DNA of 64,000 nucleotides from Eledone cirrhosa. Taxonomy: Eukaryota. The position numbers and the translations under genes were made by a program. Under the pieces are notes generated by a model. The model had not been told where the DNA came from. It ran no database searches and saw only the letters and a list, made by a program, of their open reading frames with translations. The stretch's first letter is position 1. Each line of letters opens with the position of its first letter. Shown here one piece after another: positions 41,987 through 56,354 of the stretch. The stretch lies in assembly GCA_964016885.1 (NCBI GenBank), contig OZ024752.1:2976001-3040000 (forward strand), read 5' to 3'.

Positions 41987-42013
41987 GAGGATTTGACTAA
42001 TCCTCTGATTATA

Positions 42014-42073
<60 letters not shown>

Positions 42074-42124
42074 CATATATATAATCAGAGGATTTGACTT
42101 AATCGACAATTTTTTGTATATTTT
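41884..42124. repeat. Double foldback built from one ~40-bp motif around two (TA)n tracts
   Basis: aaaatatacaaaaaattg..gat.aagtcaaatcctctga-(TA)n-ttcagaggatttgact-aatcctctga-(TA)n-tcagaggatttgacttaatc..caatttttttgtatatttt. Confidence 0.85.
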
Positions 42125-42219
42125 TATTATATATATATTTATATATAATTTAATTATATATACATATATATATATGTACGTATGTATACATATATATATA
42201 TGTACGTATACATACTTAT

Positions 42220-42263
<44 letters not shown>

Positions 42264-42324
42264 TATTAAAATAACAGATTAAATCGAGCCGTCTTTGAAT
42301 TTTAGTCTTCAATTTTATTAGTAT

Positions 42325-42361
<37 letters not shown>

Positions 42362-42389
42362 AGTAGAACACTGGAGGGTTATATCCGTA

Positions 42390-44259
42390 GGCTGAGGAGT
42401 TCAGTCCGGTGCAACTGGGTGTCTGCGTGTCCGATGGCTGTGAGGCACATGAACGAAGGCAGTCCTTCAACAGCGGTCCACCGGAACCGGTATCCAGGGA
42501 CTCCAGGCATCGCATTGTCAAGATTGACATGAGGAATGCTTTTACCTGCATACACCAGGACCATGTACACATGTCTTCCTCAGCCGAGCCCCCTCTGCCT
42601 ACCTGTCGTATGGAGCCACGAGCAAGCTCCTTGTTGCTGATACGGTCATACCCTTGGTCAATGGGGTCCAAAAGGCGAATCTTTGTGCCCCCATCATGTT
42701 TGTCCTTGGTATAGACCACATTTCCCGGAGTATAAACCCGTCTCAACGTTTGGTACTTGGAAGGTGCTACGCTGGGAGGGCCTGTAGAGACTGTCTGCCA
42801 TGACCGTCAATCGGTTATTCCTGCCCTGGCGGGAATCGGCCTGCTGGTCAACTCGCCCAAGCCGTAGGTGGTGAATGTCAGCCATGATGCTGATAGCTTT
42901 GCGGCCTCCGTCTCTGACGTGCGGTCCGTTTTCCACTGGGTAAAGGTGACCCCCAAAGAGAATGTCCTCATATTCGTGTCACCGATCCACCCACCAGCCA
43001 TCCACTACACCATCAGGTCTAGGCTCCATCAACTTCAGACTCTCATGAGCCAACTGGACTTGATCGAAGGCCACCCAGCTCTCTTCCCGTTGAGGAACTG
43101 CTTCGCCAAGCCGAAGCCCTTCTACACCCTTCGCAGCGCTCGTTGTTACAGCCACGCTTCTCTCCACGCTGACCTCGATCCGTGTATCCGAGCGGCAGCT
43201 GAGGAGATATGCAACGTCAGGTTTGACGACTTTGTATTTGCAACAGGCCACTTTACATGTCAGACATTGTGGCCTTGGCCTTGGGTCCTCGATCTCTCTG
43301 TCTTTGCCGGCGTTTCTTTCATCGGTAACATCATGCCACGTCCTCCTCAGCAGGGTTCTCCAAAACATAATGGAACCCTTTGTGATCAGCGAACGTGAAG
43401 CCTTCTGAGACATGGGACAGATTGCGATTTAGCCCAGTAGATACCCCTCCCTATCCCCCTACTGACATCAAGTCCCCAGAAGTATTTGTGATGCCATCCA
43501 GTGCAGTCTGACCCTAGACAAGCTCACGTGCCAGCTCGCCCAGCACCGCCTTGCCTGTTTTCGTGCGATCTCCAAACCCCACAGTGGTGCCTGGCTCCCT
43601 GCCTTGCCCTGTTTATCCACTGGCACGCAGCTGGATAACGATAGCCTGCTGATGCGCGTTTCCTTGAGGCTTGGACTCCGGATCTGCGAGCCTCATAAAT
43701 ATCGTTGTGGATCCATCGCGGAATATTTCGGCCTCCACCCGCTTCCCTGCCGCCACATTGCCGGCCGCCTTCTACCGCATGCTGCCCTCAACGAGTTTAT
43801 AAATTATTGCGTAGACGCTGCAGGCTTCCCCTCCCAGCTCGAGCCGGTAGGGCTGGACCGAGGAGACGGCAAAAGGCCAGACGGTATGACCATCTTCCCG
43901 CTCTGCGTTGGCAAACACCTCGTCTGGGATGCCACTTGCAGCGACACTTTCTCCAGCCGCAACCAGGTGCAGTATGCGACTAAGCCAGGTACTGCTGCAC
44001 ATCGGGCTGAGGAGGCCAAACTATCCAATTACCGGTCACTCTCCGAAAGGTTCGTGGCCCTGCCCTTGGCAGTGAAGAATTCTGGTGCCTTTCGCCCTAG
44101 GTCTGCCTCCCTATTCATCAGCTGAACGTCTAAGCCTTGCGAGTTGGAGTGGCTCTTCCAGTACATCTCCCTTATCATATTCCCGTGAAACGCCTTCTCT
44201 ATTCTCTCCGCCGGGGCTGTGGGGAGACCAGCACATGAGACCCAATTTGCTCACCATAC
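42390..44259 (+). mobile_element. Second CRE-like non-LTR retrotransposon copy, 5'-truncated and degenerate
   Basis: QLGVCVSDGCEAH, IVKIDMRNAF, VWYLEGATLGG, LRNCFAKPK, CEPHKYRCG..HPLPC..HAALN and KRPDGMTIFPLCVGKHLVWDATCSDTFS. Shares the 3' end tttgctcaccatac with the 13140-15177 copy. Confidence 0.85.
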
Positions 44260-44394
44260 GGATTAACGCAAATAAACCAACTTTTTTGTGTAAAAAAAAA
44301 TTGTACATTTATACCATTAGATGTATATGTATATATGTCATTCACAATTTCGTAATGATTAAATGCACGGATTTATTCCTTGAAAAACAAAATC

Positions 44395-44508
44395 ACAACA
44401 GTTAGTTCACCATAGCGAGAATAAATGTTTCACCTTTCGGTTCTTCAGACCGAGCTGAAGTGACGCAAGGTGAAACATTTGTTTTCAATGTAGTGAACTA
44501 ACTGTTGT
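44395..44508. ncRNA. Back-to-back inverted pair of small hammerhead-like motifs
   Basis: Minus arm: CTGAAGA-acc-gaaa-ggt-GAAA-catttatt-ctcg. Plus arm: cgag-CTGAAGT-gacgcaaggt-GAAA-catttgtt-ttc. Arms acaacagttagttcac / gtgaactaactgttgt. Confidence 0.65.
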
Positions 44509-44525
44509 AATACTACCTCTCTCTC

Positions 44526-44618
<93 letters not shown>

Positions 44619-44694
44619 TGAAAAAGAACAAAGGAACTATTATGACGCGATTCACATACGACCTACCATACATCTTACTTATATATATATATAT

Positions 44695-45130
44695 AGAAAG
44701 GATGAATATAAAATGAAAGTGTTATGGTATTCACATATGGTATTCTCATTAGAAACCCATTATATACTTGTTTAGCAGTAAATAGATTTACCATCTGTCA
44801 TATACTATCCCCTCTTTTTCTTCCTCTATTACTAATATAAATACTTAAATTTTTCTGATTTTATCCAATTTATCCAAAATCTCTGAAGAAGTGACAACTG
44901 ATTATACATTTGCTATCGAATACTTGCTAACATTATATGATTACGCAAGCAGCGATACATAGGTATTCCGTCTGTTACAGAAACATATGTCAATACCTAA
45001 TAAATTCCTTTTAAAAAAAAGCACTTTCATTTTATATTCATCCTTTCTACATTTTCTCCGGAATATAATTTATACTCGTTGAGCAAACGTTCACGAACGC
45101 TGTTCATCTCTAACGTAACGATATATTATC
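44695..45130 (+). mobile_element. PLE-terminus-like fragment with inverted 5' piece and long-stem-II hammerhead (44879-44996)
   Basis: tagaaaggatgaatataaaatgaaagtg (44695-44721) is inverted to cactttcattttatattcatcctttcta (45022-45049). CTGAAGA(44883)-a-gtgaca...tgttac-a-GAAA-catatg-tc. Confidence 0.7.
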
Positions 45131-45836
45131 ACTACATTATTGATAACCTGAAATGTTATATATATATACACGTGTGTATGTGTATGCGTGCGTGTGCGTG
45201 TGTATTTCTCCCTCTCTCTATCTCTCTTTCTATATATATATATCTTTCTACATATATATATATATATATTAACATACAAATATTAATAAAATAGATGTTC
45301 TTTTTATCAATTACATTTTATTATACATATTTCAGATGTACAACAGTACGTTCTCATCAGGCAAAATATAATGATACATGACATACCTTGAGATGTTAAA
45401 TGGTTAAGATTTAATAAAGGTAGTGATTAACTCTGTAGAATGGAGACCCTGTTGATTATTAATAACTATGAGACCCTAATTGACAAAAAAAGTTAGTTAT
45501 TCTCTAGTTGCCTCCACTAAACTACGTCCACATTCTTAGCCTCCCACAAGAAAAACAGAGAGAGAAACACTTAACCATTAAACACTTGGTCGTCAGAGGT
45601 ATATAATCAACAGGGGAAAACATTAATGGCCTTTAATATTACATTATCTTATAATCTATCTATAGAAGAAATAAGGCTTGAATAAAAAACACTTGTTCAA
45701 TAACATGCCGGAAAATTGATATACATAACATTTTGTATTTTAATATTAATAACTCTGGAAAATTATTTTTCATAGAGTGCTTCCAATCTACTGTAAAACT
45801 CATTCTTTGATATACTCATTGAATATTGTTTAACTC

Positions 45837-45971
<135 letters not shown>

Positions 45972-46939
45972 GAGAGAGGGGGGGGGGGAGAGATAGCGAA
46001 CAGAAAGACAGTCCGACAGACTGACAGACAGAGAGAGGGAGAAAGAAAGAAAGAAATACATTATGAAAGTAGTAATGTGATAGGTGTCTCTTCAGATAAT
46101 CCAAGCACTATTCATATATTTTGTGAAGTATTCAATGAACTTCTGATTTTAACATTCTACATATTTATTCTTTATTCAAATTTGCAAAATTGAATTCATA
46201 TCAAAAATGTAAATACAATACATGAATTAAATGGATTAAAACTAGTTTACGAAATAATAACTGCTGCTTAATAATAATTTTTATGATGTTGCATGTCATA
46301 AAACTATTAGACTGAAATTAATTATCCCACATAAACTGATTGTATCAGCAATTTAAATTTGACTCTGAGATGTTTTAGTAAAATGTAACCACATCAAAAA
46401 TGACATGAATGATAAAACAACTGTAGTACCATATTGGTGAACACGTCTAGGATTTCGAATCTATATTCATTCGAGAATGCTATACCATTTAAAAGATTCA
46501 AGTACTGAAACATGTCTGAATTTAACATTTGTATAAATCTGTTCTCTTCTTCTATTATCAGATTCTTAGTGGATTATTATAATTGTATTGTAAACAGTAT
46601 TAATCTATGTAGCCATTTATAATTAAACATAATATAGATGATGTGGTTACCTACAGCTGTAGAGTGAAAACTATTGGGTACAATCTTTTGGTAGCAAGTT
46701 TAATAGAAATATATAAATGCAACAGTCGTGTTATCCGATAAATATTTTAATCCCTCAAATTAATATTCATCGCATTTTTCTTCAAACTCGATGGATGGAG
46801 AGATGGTACCGCATCTCCTGAGTGTGGCATCGTATTGTCATCCGACGCTTCTAGGACATTTTTAAACCTGGTTGTCAACGTCTAAATATAGCAGATTCCT
46901 GTCAGAGAAGAATATAGAGTGAAAGAAAGAGGATGAATT

Positions 46940-47085
46940 AACCCTAGTACTAAACTGGTACTTTTTTTATCGGCCTGGAATGGATGAAACGCAAAATTAA
47001 CCTAGAAGGGAATTTAAAATCAGAGAGCCGAAATAAATACCCCCAAAAGATTTATTCGACATTCTAATAACTACTCCAATTTCCC
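46940..47085 (-). mobile_element. Diverged Nin/Deu-like SINE
   Basis: ctggtacttttttttatcggcctggaatggatgaaacgcaaaattaacct...atttaaaatcaga resembles 15356-15526; a smaller relic lies at ~41795-41850. Confidence 0.55.
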
Positions 47086-47859
47086 GACTATATTAACTCG
47101 ATACACTACCTTATATATAATTAATTTGTTTCATATACAATTATTTGATAATCAACATCATGATTGCTATTCATATTATGAATTCATTTTCATATATGTA
47201 TATTAATGTTTTCCTCTAATTTTGAAACTTAGCATTCAATACATTATTGTGTATAAGCACCATGGAATTTTTGAAAACAAATATAATTATTGTACCAATG
47301 CAACATTACTTCATGCTACTCACCGTTGCAAACGTTTGTCCCAGCATTACTCCTGATATGACGGATAGCATTCTAGCTTTCCATATTTCCTGATGCGTAT
47401 TTATAATACTATTGTTTATCATATTTAAAATGTCACAGCTATCTGACATTTTTAGCCAACACAAGTACATGAAATATCACGCAACACTTTAACTAATAAC
47501 ATACTTTAAGGAAACGTATCTATTGAGGGATTAAGAAGTAAAAGTAAATATAGAAATAAATCAATGACTTGTTTCTGGACCTTTCCTTTCTTCTGTTATT
47601 GTTATTCCTACTGTGTTCTCTTCAGTGATGAGAACTATGATTCACTTCATGTAAATCCCACACTGAGTTGTTTTTGTCATCGTGTTGCCCCGAAAGTCTT
47701 GAGAGCTTCTGGCTAATAAAACTAAATATTATTTACTTTTAATATTATTTGACAAATTAAAACGACCAGCCTTGTTGATGCTTTCGCTTCGTTACCATAG
47801 AGAATAATGGAATACAATTACGAATCTAGGGTAACTCAAATATTTCCATGTCCTTCCTT

Positions 47860-48260
47860 GTGCTTTTACTACTACTGGTATTCCAGATCCTTATGTTCAA
47901 GCTGTTCCCAGTAGGCATGTCTTCTGGAGGCGTTGAATCCTCGGTGCAATGTGTACCCTCAATGCTTTGTCACTTTATTATGTATATTTCGTTGATTCTG
48001 GTGACTTTCATCTTGTGCTGCAATTAGAAACCGATCATTCAGGAATTTTAACCGGTTTTATCAATTTTGTTTCTCCAACTCCTACGCAGCTTTTTGGATA
48101 TTGACCAGGTCGGAGTAATCTTGCCATCACTTTAGCATAGTATTCTTCAGAACTATTTTCATTTCAGATGTTATCGATTTCGCAGTTTCTGTTGCTGTTT
48201 CGTTTGTGTTTTCAATTTCTTGAGAATTATCTGTCAATTCAACTTTGTTTGCATTTAGTT
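47860..48260 (-). mobile_element. R4/Dong-like LINE 3' remnant
   Basis: Minus strand FLIAAQD and IQRLQKTCLLGTA motifs. Confidence 0.6.
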
Positions 48261-48767
48261 GATGCTTTTAAAACAGAAACTAATATTGTTTCTTCATGTT
48301 TCCTTGCTATTTATATTATATCTTAATTGTGTTACAATAAATATTTGTTGTCTAGATATGTAAGTCAGTTTATTGTTATAAATTCATAGACAAGTCATAT
48401 ATGATCTCATACAATTATAATATATATTTAGTTCGCCTCAATATTTTTAGCAAAATAACGCAATGTTAGTTATATTGTATACTGATTCTTGTCGGTCGAG
48501 CTTTAACAAAGAGTAAATAACATTTCTGCAAGAACATTTCTGTAAGATGGTATGATATACAGACTCGGTTACTGGATATAAGTAAGCAAGCGCTTACGAA
48601 ATGTAACAATAATGAAATGCATGACACACCATTATTAAAAGAATTTGTGGTACCCTATGGACGACACAATTCTTCATAATATTCGAGCAGATGTGTCTCA
48701 GTTGGGTCTGTTCAGAGTGGTCACTCAGTTTGAGCTGTTATCCATTCATATATATATATATTTAGAC

Positions 48768-48906
<139 letters not shown>

Positions 48907-49133
48907 TATGTGTATGTGTGTGTGTGTATCATCAGAATATATACAAAGAGGAATGGAAAAGGGTTTTATATATAAAGATATATATAAACTCGTATAGTAT
49001 ATTTATTATTAGTACAGACTAATATTTTAAGCAACGAATTTCTGCTCTTACCCTTAACAGTTTCAGATGGTCCTGCTTTGGGTGAAATACACATACACGC
49101 ACCCCAAAACACACATGAATATATATATATATA

Positions 49134-50470
49134 TTAGAAACTGAGGTTTTTTTACAAAATGAAAAATAACCGATGTGTCCTACACGAGTGAAAGTATAAA
49201 GAAAAACAAGATGAATTCGAAAATGCTACTGGAGTCTTATTTAAAAATATATATATATATTTATTTGGTTCCTTTACGGTTTCGCAGTTCTTCTGCTTTT
49301 CAAAAGTAGAGTTGAGATGGAGAGTCTGTGGTTTTTCTCACATCTGGTTGGTCTCTGAATGTTACTTGTTTTATATGGAAAAAAGTGGCTCGAAACGCCA
49401 GGTTTTTAGAGAAGTAATTTGATTGGTTGGTCAATATGTATAATACATTTCGCGCCAGTTCGCGTTACAAAGTATATCAAACAAGGGGCGGGGTCTCAGG
49501 TTGTTTTTTTCATATATGAGTGTTCGAATTTCTTTTTACTTAAAAAAAGGGGCTCACGAAGGCTTTTTTTTTTATAAATGTAATTTGATTGGTTATAAAT
49601 GAAATTATTTCTGTCTCGTGAACAAGTTCATTAAATTTAGCGCCCGTATTTGGGAATTTATTTTGTAGCCTTTTAGAGAATTTTATGACAAGCAAAAGAT
49701 AATGGTCAAGAGATGGGAAAATTGTTCTTATTCAGTGAATATGGTTGATTCGCTGGGGTGCCAGAATTCAAATTTTCTATTGAAATAACGAAAGTAAAGA
49801 TATGTATGTTTATTTGTGTGGTTGTGGGTGTGTGTGTGTGTAGGAAGATGTTTCTATTAGTAGAAATACGGGAGGGAGATGTGTGTGTGAGGGGTGTTAT
49901 GTGGGTGTTATGTGTGTGTGTGGAAGTATGTTAAGATGGAGAGAATATGCATATTTTGTGTATGTGTATATGTGTGTAGGAAAATGATTCTATTAGATTA
50001 AATGGGGGAGGGAGTTGTGTGTGTGGGGGGGAGGCGTTATATGTGTGTATGGATGTGATGTGTGTGTGGGAGTATGGTTAGCATGTTAAGATGAAGAGAA
50101 TATATATTGTGTGTGTGTGTGTGTAGGAAAATGATTCCGTTTCTATGAATATTTGTGAATGAACATATTTTCCTTACTTATTCGTATTTGTTCTGTTGTA
50201 TTGTCAGCGCAAAGGTAACATGGGAAGACTTGGAATTTGGGTGTCTTATTACTTGCGCATATGTCTAGATGTGCGCTAGATGTGCGTTTCGAGCCACTTT
50301 TTTTTCATATAAAACACGTAACATTCAAAGACCAACCAGATGTGAGAAAAACCACAGACCCTCCATCTCAACACTACTTTTGAAAAGCAGAAGGACTGCG
50401 AAACCGGTAAAGGAACCAAATAAATATATATATATTTTTTAAAATATAGTTGCATTTTCGATTTCATCTT
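49134..50470 (-). mobile_element. Penelope-like family D element: GIY-YIG tail, UTR and terminal region on minus, with an inverted terminal copy at 50285-50470
   Basis: Minus translation of 50145-50285 is HLDICASNKTPKFQVFPCY...RISKENMFIHKY. 49200-49400 is inverted relative to 50285-50470. HHR variants at 49271-49309 (-) and 50377-50412 (+). Confidence 0.8.
50377..50412 (+). ncRNA. Minimal hammerhead ribozyme with U3-A8 compensatory core
   Basis: ctt-TTGAAAA-gcag-aagga-ctgc-GAAA-ccggta-aag; palindromic accggt stem III, GUA triplet. Confidence 0.7.
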
Positions 50471-52136
50471 TTATGTCACAGTATATATGTGTGTGCATTT
50501 GTGTGTGTCTGTGTGTGTCTGTATATACAAGAAATGTTGAAGTCAAATATGTGAGCAGGCACATGCCTAAGATTCCATCCATTGTCACCGGAGTATGAAC
50601 GACAAGGTTGCTAATCAAAAAATACAGCCTGTCTCATAACTTCAATTATTATATCAGCAAATAACAGCATTGTAATAATGGCTGGAATGTATTTGATCAT
50701 TTATTTTCTGGATCAGGTCTGTTCTCGGATGAACCAATAACTAAATTCATGTGCATCACAATTATTCGTATTAAAACAGATTTGAAGTGTAATAAGGTAG
50801 AATGCCTTGCTTCAACGATATGAAAAAATAATTAACTTGATCGTCACGGTTGGGAAGCCTTTTATTATAATTTTTCTGAATCTGGGATGAACTGGAATAA
50901 AACAAACAATAGCTTTAAAGTCCCTATGTATTTAAACTGAAAAAGAAAATATGCATTATTTCATGTAAAGTTTTCTTTGATACATTCTACGTTGTAAATG
51001 TATTAGACCAGGAAAATGGAATGTTTGAGATCATATTTTTGTTTCATGTGTTTTTAATTATATTTTATATTTTTGAAAGAAATAAGTTATTTTTTTCTTC
51101 TTCATCTATCTGCCAGCTTGCACTAACAAGAGAATAAAACTTCAGAAATCTATAAAGGATTTTCTTTTGAAAGCTATTTGTCTCCGTACACAATCTGAGG
51201 CCACTAAATATCTAATTAATAAATTGAATTTTAGATAACGTTGCTTATTTTTCATAAACAAAATAGAACAATAAAAACATTCGAAGAGAGAAAGAAATAC
51301 AAAGAAAGATTCGATTCCAAAAGCTTTATGAAAGTGGAAAACGAAGAAGGGTACTTTATTGTTGTTTTTAATTTTGTTTCCTTTATTTGTTTGGCACCGG
51401 TTAGGTCCATAGTCATAAGATTCTATCCCAAGATTTCCATGTTTTTCTGTTCATTCATTTTATTTTAGTAATGCATTCTTTCTTGTAAATGTTTTATAAC
51501 AATTTCTGATATTTTTATTTATTTGCTTTTAGGATGAAACTTCTCGGGTTATTAAAGTGTATTGTTAGATTTAGAAGTGGGCAACTTCCAGATAAGTTTT
51601 ATAGGAATATATTGTTGCGTTTCCATTTATTTTTAGTAGTATATGTCCAGGAAATATCCACTTAGTATAGAAACAGGTTGCTCTCCTGTTCAGTTTTGAT
51701 TTTCTGAGAATTGATATTTACAGCTCGGTATGTTATCATTTGTCGTGTACTGGATTATTTGATATGGATTTGTACGCTCAGATGCCTGTATTTTCTATGC
51801 TTCAAATTCGTTTTACGAATCGTCGTACCACCATTATATTTGCGCTGAATGTTTTCATATCTGTTTGAATCAGTTCTCAGTTTTGTTTATCACACTGATA
51901 ACTGGATGTGGATGATTATAGTCCATAATATGACACTTTCTTCATACGAGGTATGAGATGGCGAAACATAATTGTTTATACTTTTGGCACAAGGCCAGCA
52001 ATTATCCAGTGCATTACTAGTACAAACATAATGAACACTTGAAATAATCAACATATTTTATAAGATCATTACCTATTTTCTTCGATAATATTTTATATAA
52101 ATATCTGACCGTGCCTCAGTATTTCAGCTGTTGTTG

Positions 52137-52137
52137 T

Positions 52138-52186
<49 letters not shown>

Positions 52187-52310
52187 GCTCTGCTCCTGCT
52201 GCTGCTGCTGCTGCTACTACTAGTAGAACTACAGCTACTACAACGAAAATAACAACGACAACAACTACTACTACTACTACTACTACTGATGATGATGATG
52301 ATGATAATGA
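52137..52310. repeat. Compound (TAC)n/(TGC)n/(GAT)n microsatellite; related (TAG)n/(CAG)n array at 53368-53487
   Basis: Direct reading of the trinucleotide arrays. Confidence 0.95.
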
Positions 52311-52744
52311 TTTAGATGTATATGAAGCTTATTTAGTCGATATTCTGTTCTTTAGAGGTTTATTGTTTTAGCGAATAAAATTTCAACTGTAGACGAACAT
52401 ATTTTGAATAGATTTCCAAACACTTGACGAAATAGGGCCGCCCTGTCCCAGTTGGTGCGCAGACTACCATGAGTCTATAAGTATCACCTACTCCATCACC
52501 TCCAAAACTACTGGATTACCATCCTGTTGCAATAAATCATCATTATATCGCGATCCAGGTCTCTCTTAACAGTACTGCCTGTGTCAAAATCATTGTCTCG
52601 CAGACAACATTCATAGCTATTGATGTGAAGCCAATGAGCGCGCGATGTAGCTTCCAGTACAACCACAGCCCTTGTACATTTATACACAATATTCTGAGAA
52701 GTGATATATATTCTGTATTGAGTTAGACGACAAAGAAAGAAGGC

Positions 52745-53330
52745 TACCTACTTCCATGGTGCTGTTGGAGAACGAATTGTACGATTTCCATTTCTGAAAG
52801 GAATTTCTTTGGAAACCCATTTAAAATCCCGAACGCCGCTTTTACACTAGGCTTTTGCACCTCGTTGGAGAAACTCTGTGTAATGTATTTGTGGGTTGGG
52901 AAGAACATGCTCACACTCATTTTAGTGTTTGGCACTTTAACATTTGTGGTGCCGAAAACCCTGTTTCTATCGAGTTATTTCGGATTAAAAAGAAAATCAA
53001 TATTTCGTTAGCATTCATGAGTAGCAGGAATTTGGTGTCTGAGCGGCAGGGAGTTTCTCTCTATCTGCTGGCTGTATTGAAATAGGCTGTGTGGTGCAGG
53101 CGGCTATAAAAACTGAAGACACTCACATTCCTCTTCGGCCATGCCGTCGTCGACTTGTTAAATTTCCACTTGGAATGCAATGTGCGGGTGCAGAGGGATT
53201 TGCTTCCCCCGGTCCATTTATTTAAAGCTTGGTGAAAGTAGCAATCATGGCCAGAGTACATGTGCATGTAGGCCTGAGAGTATGGAGGTAAGAGGCCACC
53301 TTCTGATGGTGCTCTTGGTTATAAGAATGG
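52745..53330 (-). pseudogene. Possible Mutator-like (MULE) transposase remnant
   Basis: Minus ORF 53061-53267 contains GHDCYFHQALNKW, resembling the MULE CxFH..QA motif; the rest is unrecognisable. Confidence 0.3.
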
Positions 53331-53408
53331 ATTAGGATATGTGGAGTCAATATCATTTGACATAAATGTAGTAGTAGTATGCGTAGGAGCAGCAGCAGCA
53401 GTAGCAGC

Positions 53409-53476
<68 letters not shown>

Positions 53477-54669
53477 CAGCAGCAGCATAGCCTAAGAAAA
53501 TAAAGTCATGATTTATTGTCTGTCCAACCTTGATGTTATGGATGAAGAAAAGAAATTTATTTTTTTCCATCATAAAATTATTTCTGTTCAATAAAGTTTT
53601 TGTTACATAGCTTTTTCCTATTTCTTTACATTTTGGTGCATTTGGCTTTGTTGTAGTTATGTGTAGTTTATATATCGACAAGTTTGATTTAATGATTAAA
53701 AATTTAATTTCCAGAAGACGGACAGACTGATACATTAGTAAACAAATAAAAACTATAACAACTAATATGCAATAGCAATAACAACAATAATGACTACAAC
53801 TACAACAGCAAACATTAACATCGACAACAAATTAGTAACGATTATAACATTGGAAAAACAACGCTAAGAACCGCAGAAGCAGTAATAAAAAAACTAGAAG
53901 CAAGGAATATCGAGCCAGCTAATGCGTCTGTATAGAATTACTCGGTATTCAAGAAAGAGCTGCCAGATCATATTAAAATGATAGCTTCGTCGCTTAAATG
54001 AGAGAATCACGTTAGATAATGTAGTGATGGAAATAAGACGCAACGTGTCTGCACTCTCAGAGCCGTGTTGAGACTCAACAACAAAAACATCAAAGAGGCA
54101 ACACTCAACTCTAAGGAAAATGAACAACAAATTTCTATAATATACGTTGACCTGCTAAACCTAGTAATGAAGACAACCTCAAACACCAAACTATTAAAAA
54201 CACATTAAGCACACTGGATAATTTAGTCTACTGTACAATGTATATGAGAATAAATGCATGACAGGCATGGATGGAATGCCTTTAATCGTATGTTTTCTTG
54301 ATAAAAACGTAGTTGTTAAATAATAAAAATAACATTAAAACAAACAGCTTAACTGTAACTAAGTGCCAACAATACAAACGTATCTTGAAATTAATTATGA
54401 TTCAATAACACAGCTACTGAAAATGATTGTTCAACCAAGATGATTGTGGTGACTGATTATGGTTTAATAATTCTCAAAAAATGTATAGTTTAAAAAGTGT
54501 TTTCATAAAATATCAAAAGAGACTTATAGAATTCATATTGAAAGTTCATGTTTGATATTTATTTTTATAGTTTTTTTTTAACAATGTACAGATCTTAATG
54601 GACACATTGGTTGTTTAGCGCCATATTGATATAGCTAAAGCAGACGTGTAATGACATATATGCTAACTT

Positions 54670-54829
<160 letters not shown>

Positions 54830-55074
54830 AATATTTATAAATGTAATCTGAATTTTTCAAATAAATATTCGATTCGTTTGCAATTATGCTAACAGCCTCG
54901 TTTAAGCCATGACAGTAGAATGACCCCCTCCCATTCTTGCTCTTATGTTGGTATGCAAAGAGACTGTTTGCATAATTGTAAACGAATCGAATATTATTAT
55001 TAACATTTGAAAAACATTCACTTTATACAATTATTGTATTCAGTCATGCAGAGCGATAACTATTTGTATATATA

Positions 55075-55120
<46 letters not shown>

Positions 55121-55126
55121 TATATG

Positions 55127-55211
<85 letters not shown>

Positions 55212-55464
55212 CTGTATATATATATATATGTATGTGTGTGTATATGTGTGTGTGATTGTGTGCGTGTCTCTGTATTTGTGTGTTTATGTGTGTCTGTCTG
55301 TGTGTCTGTGTAAGTAAATCGGTTTACGATGCAGATGTTCTGAAACATTTAGGCTCAAATCAACCAACAATATTGTCTAACATGATGGAGTTAAATGGAT
55401 AATTCATGGGAATCTTAACATGTCAGACACCATTCTTGACCTGTTCTCAACATATTATTTCAAC

Positions 55465-55636
55465 AGTGGATAGGCAGTATCGGTAGATGGTCGGACGCCA
55501 TGCTTTGACGCATAGAGTTACGGCCCTTGCCATTATAAGTTCAAATCCTGCCGAGGTTAACTTTGCCTTTCATCTTTACGGGGTCGATAAAATAAAGTGC
55601 CAGTAATACACTGGAATAATTGCTGGCCATGTGCCT
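55465..55636 (+). mobile_element. tRNA-derived SINE with Nin/Deu-like domain
   Basis: agtggataggcag...aagttcaaatcctgccgaggttaactttgcctttcatctttacggggtcgataaaataaagtgccag. Confidence 0.8.
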
Positions 55637-56354
55637 GAAGTAGAAACAAGTATTTCAAAGAAATACATATAGAGTGAGAAAGAGAGAGAAAGTGAAAGAG
55701 CAGAAGCAATCATAGTCGAACAATAACCACTACTTATGTATGCAAGTAATAAGTTGCAAATCATTTATCGATACCAGAATCAAATAGACGGGATTTTGTA
55801 CTAAATTAATTTAGCTGTGCCCTGTAATCGCAATGTTCCCTCTAGTCTCTATATTAGAAATTGTGTAGGTAGTAGATTGGCAAAATATTTTATCACTATA
55901 CATAAATTACCTATATACAAAAATGCTTAGATGTGTACGTACATAATTCAAACTTGCATAAGTACATACCCACGAACATACGTACATAGAAACACACATA
56001 CATATTGCCAGACTGACAGACAGACAACAGAAGAATACATACACCCACAGAGAGAGGCACAACCAAGTAAAATATGTGAAATGCCTTCATCATGAAATGT
56101 TATTAAAGTTGGGGCTAGCACACCTGATGTATTAAGCAGTAAAAAGAAACACAAGAAGAAAATCTGGGACGATATACATATATAAACCTATGTATGTTTA
56201 GCTTTAAATATGTGTATATACTATCGGCTGTATATCATATATTTTCTCTCAAAACCACATGCATTGACACATGAAAATATTTGAACAAAACGTGGTCTTT
56301 TAAATTTTCATTATATGATATATTTCTCTTTTATTCTTATTTTTGGCCACTTAA

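Noticed and set aside
51250-51960. Possible further Penelope RT remnant on the minus strand (FLDI-like motif)
   Set aside because: Too decayed to support by eye; it needs a profile search.
52137-53487. Inverted (TAC/TGC)n and (TAG/CAG)n arrays as terminal inverted repeats of one element
   Set aside because: The similarity is limited to low-complexity repeats that are common in this DNA; no unique inverted sequence or target duplication was seen.
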